64,000 nt of DNA. Source: Clostridiales bacterium (GTDB lineage Bacteria > Bacillota > Clostridia > Christensenellales > CAG-314). Every line of letters begins with the position of its first letter. The first letter of the stretch is position 1. The position numbers were made by a program, and so were the translations under genes. Location: contig JAFLVJ010000005.1 in the NCBI GenBank assembly GCA_022508375.1, forward strand, positions 5,004-69,003, read 5' to 3'. Below the pieces are notes generated by a model that was not told where the DNA came from, did not search any database, and saw nothing but the letters and a program-made list of their open reading frames with translations. Positions 52,147 to 60,651 of this stretch are shown piece by piece.

Positions 52147-53892
52147 TCACTCACCTTCCTTTTCCAATTCCTGCAACGCAACCATGTTTTGATAGTCGGC
52201 GCACCTTGCCATCAGTTCGGAGTGGGAACCTACATCCACTACCTTACCGTTATCCAACATAATTATCTTGTCCAAACTTTGCACCGTAGAAATACGGTGA
52301 GCAATAAGTATAGTCGTCTTACCTTGACGCGTTTGACGAAGATTATTTAAAATCGTCTTTTCCGTGTCGGTATCAACCGCCGATACTGAGTCGTCCAGTA
52401 TCAAAATGGAGGCGTTCTTCATCAGCGCACGGGCAATGGAAATGCGTTGTTTTTGTCCGCCCGATACCGTTATACCGCGCTCTCCCAATACCGTGTCGTA
52501 GCCGTTGGTAAACTTTTGAATATTGCCATCAATATCGGATAACTTTGCAGCCTCCACAACCTGCTCCAAGTTGTCACTGTCGCCGGCAAAGGCAATGTTG
52601 CGCGTGATTGAATCGGAAAACAGAAAGTTGTCCTGCGGAACGTATGCACAAAAATCGCGCAAGCTTTTAATCTGAATATCGTTGACATCCTTACCATCTA
52701 CAAGTAGCGTTCCGTCTTCGACGTTGTAGCAACGCAGTATCAAATCGGCAACGGTCGTCTTGCCTGAGCCAGTCTTGCCGATTATCCCGACGTTTTCGCC
52801 TTGATTTATAGTAAAGGAAACATCTTCAAGCGCATTGTAGTCCGAACCGGGGTAGCAAAACGTCAGATGATTGAACTGTATTGAACCGTCCACGTGATCT
52901 AACTTCACAGCATCTACTCTATCTGCAACGGCGCGCTTGGTATCCAACAAATCGGAAACGCGTTTTAGCGAAGCCTTACCGCGCGACACCATCTCGATAA
53001 GTTCGGTGATTGCCATCACGGGCCATACGATTGAGTTGAAATACCCTATAAATTCCATAAGCTGTCCCGCTGTAAATACGCCTTGCGACACAAGGTATGA
53101 ACCGTAACCAAGCACTATACAGATAACGGACTCAACAAACAGCGTAACAACAATATTTAAAAGGGTGCTTATCTTGGTATATGCAACGTTGGCGACTTCG
53201 TTCTTTTTGTTTAGCCAACGAAAAGCAAGCAGTTCCTTAAATTCTTTGACAAAAGCCTTGATTACAGCAATACCGGAAAAACTCTCCTGCGAAAAGTCAG
53301 ACAAATCGGAAAAAGCCTGCTGACGGACGTCCCACTTCATGGTCATATACTTACTTACAAGCAAGCTTATACCCACCATGAACGCCATGGGAATGAGTGA
53401 CAACAGCGTCATAAGCCAGTCCATTACAAACATTTTGTACAACGCCAATCCACCCAAAAATAACGCGTCAAAAGTCATCATTATTCCGCTACCGAAACAA
53501 TCCTGAACCGTTTCAAGATCGTTGGTAAACAGCGACATAAGATTACCGATTTTTTCATTGGAATAAAATTCGCAGGACAGCTCCTCGCAGTGAGCAAACA
53601 TCTTTTGACGGAGGTCGCGCTCTACCCTTATACCCGAGCCAAACAAACATATACGCCACAAAAATCTGCCGACAACCAACGCCACAATGATGAAAAACAT
53701 CGGTACGCATACGTCGCTCCACAACACATCCAAATTAAATGGAATATCGCCATTTACGCCGTCGATTACCGTACGCAGTTTCTCGGGAATTACTAACTGG
53801 GCGTAGTCAACGGCAATAAGCGCGATAAGACCGACAATTATCAGTAACGCGTATTTCAAGTAATATTTATTTATGTGTTTGCCGAATATCAT
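52147..53892 (-). CDS. ABC exporter, fused permease/ATPase (degenerate-site subunit)
   Basis: GKTGSGKTT, VSGGQKQ, LDDS (non-canonical Walker B), AHRI; start trimmed to MIFGKH. Confidence 0.93.
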   Translation of the reverse strand: MIFGKHINKYYLKYALLIIVGLIALIAVDYAQLVIPEKLRTVIDGVNGDIPFNLDVLWSDVCVPMFFIIVALVVGRFLWRICLFGSGIRVERDLRQKMFAHCEELSCEFYSNEKIGNLMSLFTNDLETVQDCFGSGIMMTFDALFLGGLALYKMFVMDWLMTLLSLIPMAFMVGISLLVSKYMTMKWDVRQQAFSDLSDFSQESFSGIAVIKAFVKEFKELLAFRWLNKKNEVANVAYTKISTLLNIVVTLFVESVICIVLGYGSYLVSQGVFTAGQLMEFIGYFNSIVWPVMAITELIEMVSRGKASLKRVSDLLDTKRAVADRVDAVKLDHVDGSIQFNHLTFCYPGSDYNALEDVSFTINQGENVGIIGKTGSGKTTVADLILRCYNVEDGTLLVDGKDVNDIQIKSLRDFCAYVPQDNFLFSDSITRNIAFAGDSDNLEQVVEAAKLSDIDGNIQKFTNGYDTVLGERGITVSGGQKQRISIARALMKNASILILDDSVSAVDTDTEKTILNNLRQTRQGKTTILIAHRISTVQSLDKIIMLDNGKVVDVGSHSELMARCADYQNMVALQELEKEGE

Positions 53893-54044
53893 TTGCGCCT
53901 CTAATATATATCTAAAAGTATAACATTGTTCACGATTGCCGTCAAACGAAATATCCAAAACTAAATATAAATAAATATAATAAAATAAATAAAAAGTAAT
54001 TAATTCCGCATTGACGTCACCGTATATCTAATCGGATATGCAAT

Positions 54045-54069
54045 AAAAAAAAGCGACAAACGTCGCTTT
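54045..54069 (-). terminator. intrinsic terminator upstream of the ABC exporter genes
   Basis: Minus strand AAAGCGAC-GTTT-GTCGC followed by U8. Confidence 0.75.
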
Positions 54070-54243
54070 ACAAATTCTATTGCGTCGATTTTGTTTTTTT
54101 CAATGCGCAATCAATTTACATATGTACACCTCAATTATATCACTATAAAACGGCTGTTTTTGATACTATGTGTGAAATAGTATGATATAATCAACTAAAA
54201 TTGAGACGAATTTCGCGGATTTTTACGTACTGACAACAAATTA

Positions 54244-54969
54244 TTACGCCAAGTTGAGCAATTCGTTTAAACTGCGGAACGGTGAAAAACTGTGCGAAAT
54301 ATATCTGTAACAAACGCGCAAAGCTTCCTTTAAAACATCCAACGAAAATGTAAGATTGGGCAACTTGTCGTAGGGCATCCCGTCAAGCATGAGACACGCC
54401 GACACTACTCGCGGACTGACAGGCGAACTGTCCGCGCTGCGACAGGCATCGCACACAAGGCTTCCACGCTGCAAATCCAAAAACGTTTTAGCAGACTTGT
54501 TACCGCACACCGAGCAACTGTCAAATGCCAACTTGAAGCCTTGCAGCTCCAAAAACTTGAGGACGAATCTAAGCGTAACAATCAAGGGTTCTACGCCGTT
54601 TGTCAGTGCTTGCCACGCTTTCAACGTTTCCACAAAAACCGCAGGCTCCGACAGTCCGACTTCCGTGTAATTCATAAGGCACTCGGCAATTGCGCAAGCA
54701 GAGTAATACACTACCACGTCTTCACGTAAATTGTAAAAGCTCTCCAACTGGTCGCACGTCTTGAGCGTGTAACGGTCGTCGGCTTTTGCCAGCTCGTACT
54801 GTCCAAAACAAAATTGATCGGCTGCAAATTTCAATTTCGCCGTGTTCTTTCGTATGCCCTTTGCGTGAACGGTAATTTTGCCGTACTCAAGTGAGTACAG
54901 CAAAATCAGCTTATCATTTTCCTTGTAGTCCGTCGCCTTTAGTGCCAGAGCCTTTGTCGTTACATCCAT
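54244..54969 (-). CDS. recO: DNA repair protein RecO
   Basis: DYKENDKLI..S..GKI..AKG, CxxC..CxxC zinc finger; after era. Confidence 0.92.
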   Translation of the reverse strand: MDVTTKALALKATDYKENDKLILLYSLEYGKITVHAKGIRKNTAKLKFAADQFCFGQYELAKADDRYTLKTCDQLESFYNLREDVVVYYSACAIAECLMNYTEVGLSEPAVFVETLKAWQALTNGVEPLIVTLRFVLKFLELQGFKLAFDSCSVCGNKSAKTFLDLQRGSLVCDACRSADSSPVSPRVVSACLMLDGMPYDKLPNLTFSLDVLKEALRVCYRYISHSFSPFRSLNELLNLA

Positions 54970-55048
54970 CTTTGGTCAGTTCCTTGTACAGCATATAGTA
55001 TGCGGGGTTTCCTGTTTCCCGAAACAATTTCCAAACGGTATCTTTCAC
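54914..55048 (-). CDS. YqzL-family small protein (44 aa, not in ORF track)
   Basis: AGGAGG + GTG; MKDTVWKLFRETGNPAYYMLYKEL matches the W..F..TG...Y..YKE pattern; between era and recO, overlapping the recO 5' end. Confidence 0.75.
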   Translation of the reverse strand: MKDTVWKLFRETGNPAYYMLYKELTKDGCNDKGSGTKGDGLQGK

Positions 55049-55163
55049 GTCAAACCTCCTTAGCCACTTAGTACTTGAACTTGACAGTCACTGCACCAGT
55101 CTAAAATAAGTTTGCGTAAAAACGTTCCTTTATATACGAAAGTTAAATTGTTGTATGAAAAAA

Positions 55164-56051
55164 TTATTTGCGATTTGTATATCCCAACTCGTTGAGCATT
55201 GAGGGGTTGTTGCGCCAGTCTTCCTTGACTTTTACCCACAAGGTAAGATATACGGGCGCGTCAAGCAGTTTTTCGATGCTGGCCCTTGCGTGAGTGCCGA
55301 TTCCTTTAATCATTGCACCGTGCTTACCCAACACAATGGGTTTGTGCGACGCCTTTTCCACTATAACGGTCGCGTCGATATCCCAAGCGTTACCTTCAAT
55401 TTGCATTTTGTTAATTGCAACGCCTATTCCGTGAGGAATTTCGTCTTCACAGGCAATAAGTACCTTCTCGCGGATAATTTCGCCTACGATAAAGCGCTGA
55501 CTCTTGTCGGTAACGTCGTCTTCTTCGAAGAACATCTGCGTGCCTTTAAGATATTTTTTGAGCGCTTGTTTCAACTCTTCCACGCCACGGTTGCGTTTCG
55601 CCGATACGCAGTACACCTCGGCAATACCCTCGATTCCGTTTAACTTTGCCAGTTCCGGCATGAGTTTAGCCGGTTGCGTAATATCTATCTTGGTAACGGC
55701 AACAATAATTGGCACTTCTTTCTTGCTGTATTTGGTAATCTGTTGCAGTTCGCGTTCGGTAAAGCCGTCATGTCCGTCAATTACCAATAGGATAGCGTCA
55801 ACATCCTGCACGGCGTTGTCGATGCTTTTGAGCATGTAGTCGTTTAAAGCGTTTTTACTTTGCAAAAAGCCCGGCGTATCAACAAAGACTATCTGACTGT
55901 CGTCATCCGTCCAAACGCCCATGATGCTGTCGCGCGTAGTTTGCGGTCTGGGTGATACGATGCTCACCTTTTGCTTGATAAATGAATTCAACAATGTTGA
56001 TTTGCCTGCATTGGCTTGTCCAACTATTGCAATAAAACCTGTTTTTCTCAT
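55164..56051 (-). CDS. era: GTPase Era
   Basis: GQANAGKSTL, QTTR, DTPG, TKID, KH domain, LWVKVK..WR. Confidence 0.96.
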   Translation of the reverse strand: MRKTGFIAIVGQANAGKSTLLNSFIKQKVSIVSPRPQTTRDSIMGVWTDDDSQIVFVDTPGFLQSKNALNDYMLKSIDNAVQDVDAILLVIDGHDGFTERELQQITKYSKKEVPIIVAVTKIDITQPAKLMPELAKLNGIEGIAEVYCVSAKRNRGVEELKQALKKYLKGTQMFFEEDDVTDKSQRFIVGEIIREKVLIACEDEIPHGIGVAINKMQIEGNAWDIDATVIVEKASHKPIVLGKHGAMIKGIGTHARASIEKLLDAPVYLTLWVKVKEDWRNNPSMLNELGYTNRK

Positions 56052-56533
56052 TTGTTCCTTGTTATCCCCATTTGCTGCAAAATTTCTTCCTGCAGAGCGT
56101 TCATCTGTTGCTCGTCACGAGGTTCGACGTGATCGTAGCCCATCAAATGCAAAAGACCGTGCAACGACAAAAAACACAATTCACGCTTTAAACTGTGTCC
56201 GTACTCTGCCGCTTGTTCCTTGGCTCGGTCAATGCATATTATTACGTCGCCAATGTTGAGCTTGCCCGTTTCGCCGTTGATGGCATCCGGCGTAAAAGCG
56301 TTTACGTCTAACACGCCTCTTTCAGGGTTGTCGATTGTGGGAAAAGACAACACGTCGGTCACGGCGTCAATACCGCGAAACTGCTTATTTAGTGCCTGAA
56401 TATCCTTAGGGCTTACAATGGACAATGACATTTCGATATCCTTTGCAGGTTGCCCCAAACGATTCAAAGCGCCTTCAAGAAGGCGCTTGATTGTAAATTT
56501 GTGTATTCCGATATTGGTAAAGTAAATTTTCAT
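56048..56533 (-). CDS. ybeY: rRNA maturation endoribonuclease YbeY
   Basis: TDVLSFP, HGLLHLMGYDH. Confidence 0.95.
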   Translation of the reverse strand: MKIYFTNIGIHKFTIKRLLEGALNRLGQPAKDIEMSLSIVSPKDIQALNKQFRGIDAVTDVLSFPTIDNPERGVLDVNAFTPDAINGETGKLNIGDVIICIDRAKEQAAEYGHSLKRELCFLSLHGLLHLMGYDHVEPRDEQQMNALQEEILQQMGITRNK

Positions 56534-56547
56534 TTGTTACCTATACG

Positions 56548-57975
56548 TTATTTGTTTCCTTTAAGACGTACGTCGGGATAGGATATACGGTTGTGAGTAA
56601 TTCCCGAAAAAGTGGTTATTATCGTACCTTTGATGATATCCAACTCCTTCATGGAAATGTCGCAATCGCTAAATTGTTTAAAAGCAATACGTTCGGCAAT
56701 TATTTCGTCGATAATTTTTTCAACGCTGTTTTTGTTGCCTTGAGCGCGCAATGCCGCTTCTGCCGCGTCACAAATCATCAATATAGCGGATATTTTGTTG
56801 GACGGCTTGGGACCGTCGTAGCAATATCCGTCGTAAGGCAGTTCACCGTCGGTGTACTTTTGCGCCTTGAGATAGAAATACTTTATGGGCATTGTGCCGT
56901 GATGTTCGATTATGGCAGCCTGCACTTCCATTGGCAATCCGTATTCCTTGGCTATTGCAAGACCGTTTAACGTATGCGATTTAATCATGTTTACGCTTGC
57001 TTCGGGAGTCATTGTATCATGCGGATTACTGCCGCCGAATTGGTTTTCCACGAAGTAAGACGGATTGTTCATCTTGCCGATATCGTGATAGTATGCTGCT
57101 GCACGTGCCATAACCGCGCTTTCGCCGATTGCCGCTGCGCACGCTTCAACGTATGTAGCAACCGTCAGGCAGTGATTGTAGGTTCCGGGCGCCTTTTCAA
57201 ACAGTTTGCGCATAAGGCTGCTATCTGATGTTGCAATTTCGGAAAATCTGAACACGGATGAAACGTTGAATATCTTTTCAAACAACGGTACCAGCACAAA
57301 CATCAACATTACGCCCACCATTCCGCTGGCAAATGAGAACACAATCTTGAAGATATAGACGTCCCATGCCCACAAATCCTGGAACATTGCGTAACTGATA
57401 GTCGCGCATACAACCGAAATGATACCTTCGGCAATACCAACAGCCAAGTATCTTGAACGGCGGTAATGTCTGCCCAATACGTAGGACACAAATACCGTTT
57501 CGATTACGCCGCCAAACAGCAGATAGAAAAAGTTTTCCGTTGCAAGCGTTGCGTTAAGTCGCCAGTTGATGTCCTGCATGAAGCACAACATTATAATAAT
57601 AAAGTTTGCTATGAATCCGCATTTACCGGATACTATCAATGAAAGTATCAACGCGCACAATGCAAATGGAACAAGATTGATCATGTAGTCCCACAACGGA
57701 GATAGCTGTATCAGCGCATAGGACACAATCATCGTAATAAACATTGCCCAAGTCTTGCGCATACTTTCCATTACGGCAACGTCGCTGAAATAGATATACA
57801 AAGCCAACGCAAAAAGCAGCATCGCAAGCGTGGAAAGTTGTATCGCCACCTTAACAACACTGAGATTTGGAATGTTGGGCAATATCGAAAGCGTCGCGAA
57901 CAAAATATACACAGCAAAGTAGCTGCCTATTACGTTACGCCACTTGATATTGGTGATTTTTTTTGTTTTCTTCAT
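56548..57975 (-). CDS. 7TM-HD family phosphohydrolase (PgpH/YqfF-like) without extracellular domain
   Basis: APGTYNH, YYHDIGK, FVENQ, EHHGT, Y.GPKP, ICD; multi-TM N-half; phoH-ybeY context. Confidence 0.85.
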   Translation of the reverse strand: MKKTKKITNIKWRNVIGSYFAVYILFATLSILPNIPNLSVVKVAIQLSTLAMLLFALALYIYFSDVAVMESMRKTWAMFITMIVSYALIQLSPLWDYMINLVPFALCALILSLIVSGKCGFIANFIIIMLCFMQDINWRLNATLATENFFYLLFGGVIETVFVSYVLGRHYRRSRYLAVGIAEGIISVVCATISYAMFQDLWAWDVYIFKIVFSFASGMVGVMLMFVLVPLFEKIFNVSSVFRFSEIATSDSSLMRKLFEKAPGTYNHCLTVATYVEACAAAIGESAVMARAAAYYHDIGKMNNPSYFVENQFGGSNPHDTMTPEASVNMIKSHTLNGLAIAKEYGLPMEVQAAIIEHHGTMPIKYFYLKAQKYTDGELPYDGYCYDGPKPSNKISAILMICDAAEAALRAQGNKNSVEKIIDEIIAERIAFKQFSDCDISMKELDIIKGTIITTFSGITHNRISYPDVRLKGNK

Positions 57976-58925
57976 TATTTATCCTCTGTTTCGTATGCCT
58001 TGACGATTTTTTGCACCAAAGGATGGCGCACAACGTCTTTTTCATTGAGACGAATAATACCTATATCGTCTATATCTTTGAGAATTTTAATCGCGTGTTT
58101 TAAACCCGACGTCAATCCTTTGGGAAGGTCCACCTGAGTAAGGTCACCCGTGATTACCATTTTACTGTTTTCGCCCAGTCTTGTCAAAAACATTTTTATT
58201 TGTTCGCGCGTGGTATTTTGCGCTTCATCCAATATAACGTAGGCGTTGCTGAGCGTCCGTCCGCGCATGTAGGCAAGGGGCGCAATCTCTATGGTACCGC
58301 GCTCCATCAACTTGCCGTACGTTTCCAACCCAAGCATTTCCTGCAATGCGTCATAGAGCGGACGAAGATACGGATTGACCTTTTCCTGCAAATCACCGGG
58401 CAAAAAGCCGAGTTTTTCGCCTGCTTCTACTGCCGGACGTGTCAAAATTATCTTTTCTACCTGCTTGGCCTTGTATGCGTTGACAGCAATAGCCACTGCA
58501 AGGTACGTTTTACCTGTACCTGCGGGTCCCACGCCGAAAGTAATGGTATTTTTCTTCATTAAATCGACGTACTTTTTCTGTCCGACGGTTTTGCACTTTA
58601 TTGGCTTGCCACGGCTGGTAATTGCTACAATATCATTGAGTAGTTCGTCAACTTCATCCAACTTATCCGACTTGGCAAGATCGCACAGATAGTTTACTCT
58701 GCCTATATCTACGTTGTCGTCGCTGTAAATGAAACTTTTAAGCTTTTCCACCACGGACATTGCTTTGTTGACGTTTGCTTCTTCGCCGTACAGACTGCTT
58801 TGACCGTCCTGCATCACAACCTTGACGTCAAAAGCCGTACAAATGGTTTTGATGTTTTCGTCAAACGGTCCGAATAGTTTGACAAGCTCATCCATGGATT
58901 CAACTTCTATTTTTCTTGAAATCAA
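57975..58925 (-). CDS. phoH: PhoH family ATPase
   Basis: GPAGTGKTYLA, RPAVEAGE.LGFLPG, LAYMRGRT, DEAQN, RHPLV. Confidence 0.95.
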   Translation of the reverse strand: MISRKIEVESMDELVKLFGPFDENIKTICTAFDVKVVMQDGQSSLYGEEANVNKAMSVVEKLKSFIYSDDNVDIGRVNYLCDLAKSDKLDEVDELLNDIVAITSRGKPIKCKTVGQKKYVDLMKKNTITFGVGPAGTGKTYLAVAIAVNAYKAKQVEKIILTRPAVEAGEKLGFLPGDLQEKVNPYLRPLYDALQEMLGLETYGKLMERGTIEIAPLAYMRGRTLSNAYVILDEAQNTTREQIKMFLTRLGENSKMVITGDLTQVDLPKGLTSGLKHAIKILKDIDDIGIIRLNEKDVVRHPLVQKIVKAYETEDK

Positions 58926-58939
58926 ACTAAATCTCCCAA

Positions 58940-60022
58940 TTACTCTATTTGTATTTCACCGTATAGCGTTACGGTTACTCCATTAGTTTGCGTGATATAT
59001 TGCGTATCAATTACAGTAAAGTCGCAACTTAACTTCGCTTGTTCGAGCGCCTGCAATTGTAACTGCTCCAGACACTCATCTATTGTCGCGGAAACGCTAA
59101 CCGTTTTCATTTCTCGGTAAAAAAGCGATACAATTTCCAGATTCAACGGATACAGAAATCTCGAATTTGTTTCGAGAGTGAACTGCTCGAACGGACAGCT
59201 TTTGCTGTAAATCTTGCCGAACAGCGATACGCCCGTGCAGGTAAAGACATTGCCCGTCTCCACTGTTTCCGTCCTGTAACCCGAGTATTCGGCAAAGCCT
59301 GTAGCGGATATTTGCAGGGTAACCCTACCTAACGCGTAAACAGTGTCGAACGTTCCGTCGTTGTATATACGCTTGCCTTCGATGAGCACGTCGCCAACGT
59401 TAACCGTATCCCCCACTTTTACGAGAGCGTTACCCTGTTCGCATACGACGGAAGTTACTACACCCGAGCGGGTTGCCACAACATCACGGCTCTTGGTCAT
59501 ATCAATGGGATCATCTATTTGCTTTTTTGCCACGACGTTTACGTACAGCACGCTACCCGAACGCGTAACAACTGCATACATGGCGTCCATCTTGTTGGCG
59601 AGCGTATTTTCCAATACGTCCACATCAAGCTTGGACATATTGCAACCGATTGTTACCCCGATATCGCTCAGAGCCTCACTTACAAGTGCGTTATCAAAAT
59701 CTCCGCTTATCACAATTTTGAAACAGAAATGCGAAGATAACACTAGAATAAGTACAGTTAACAGGCAAAAAATTGGCAAAACAAAGCGAAATCTCAAAAA
59801 TTTTGCCACCGCGGTGATACCGACGTATTTTATACCGATTATATTATAGCACTTTTCCTGTAATAATGCAATGGTTTGTTTGGCGCGCGCCGACGGAACG
59901 CTGATTACACATCTTTTGCCCGTTCGTTCCACCTTGTAAAGCGTGATGTCGGATTTGGCAAGGGTGGATAATAGTCTGGCGACGTTTAATCCCTCGAAGG
60001 TGATTTCACAACTATTTTTCAT
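58940..60022 (-). CDS. yqfD: sporulation protein YqfD-like
   Basis: TM after N-domain, VATRSGVV, VKVGDTV.VGDVLIEG; yqfC-yqfD-phoH synteny. Confidence 0.85.
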   Translation of the reverse strand: MKNSCEITFEGLNVARLLSTLAKSDITLYKVERTGKRCVISVPSARAKQTIALLQEKCYNIIGIKYVGITAVAKFLRFRFVLPIFCLLTVLILVLSSHFCFKIVISGDFDNALVSEALSDIGVTIGCNMSKLDVDVLENTLANKMDAMYAVVTRSGSVLYVNVVAKKQIDDPIDMTKSRDVVATRSGVVTSVVCEQGNALVKVGDTVNVGDVLIEGKRIYNDGTFDTVYALGRVTLQISATGFAEYSGYRTETVETGNVFTCTGVSLFGKIYSKSCPFEQFTLETNSRFLYPLNLEIVSLFYREMKTVSVSATIDECLEQLQLQALEQAKLSCDFTVIDTQYITQTNGVTVTLYGEIQIE

Positions 60023-60290
60023 TGCCTTTCACCTCGACGGAAATTATCGCGCCAACAACTACTGCGAAGTGCTTTTCCAAGCATTTGATACGCAGATCAT
60101 TGCCACTTATACGCAATGTCCCCTTTTTAACGGCAAAGGATACCGTTTCCGTTGAATATTCCACAACGCCCTTGTGTCCTTCTATAACTGCCGTATGTCC
60201 GCCAAAAACGGAAAATTTGTAGTCATTTACCAGCGTTGCAAGCTCCAAACCGCATATATTCGCTATACTTTGAGAAAAAGAATTGTTCAT
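60012..60290 (-). CDS. yqfC: YabP/YqfC family sporulation protein
   Basis: IEGHKGVVEY, LRISGNDL; upstream of yqfD. Confidence 0.8.
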   Translation of the reverse strand: MNNSFSQSIANICGLELATLVNDYKFSVFGGHTAVIEGHKGVVEYSTETVSFAVKKGTLRISGNDLRIKCLEKHFAVVVGAIISVEVKGNEK

Positions 60291-60393
60291 ATCTCTAATA
60301 TATGAGAGATTTCACAATTCTTTCGTTGTAAGATTGTTTGAATATAAAACGTTTACGTAACGTTAAATATTTGCATTATAAAATCTGTAATTT

Positions 60394-60651
60394 TTACAAA
60401 AGTTTATCCAATATTGCGGATATTTCCTGCAACTTTTCCTTGCTGTCATCACCTGTTGAGTGTAGCACACAATTGCATAGGTGGGCGTTTAGCACGTCCT
60501 TATTAACCTTGGACAATATTGCTTGACACGCCATTATTTGGTTGGATATTTCGATGCAGTAGCGATTTTCCTCAATCATCTTGAGAATACCGTCAATTTG
60601 ACCGCGCGCAGTTTTAAGCAAGCGCTCGTTTTTCTCCCTGTTGGCTGTCAT
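60394..60651 (-). CDS. csoR: CsoR family copper-sensing repressor
   Basis: RGQIDGI..M, YC, H..C ligand set; ATGA-coupled to copA. Confidence 0.88.
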   Translation of the reverse strand: MTANREKNERLLKTARGQIDGILKMIEENRYCIEISNQIMACQAILSKVNKDVLNAHLCNCVLHSTGDDSKEKLQEISAILDKLL

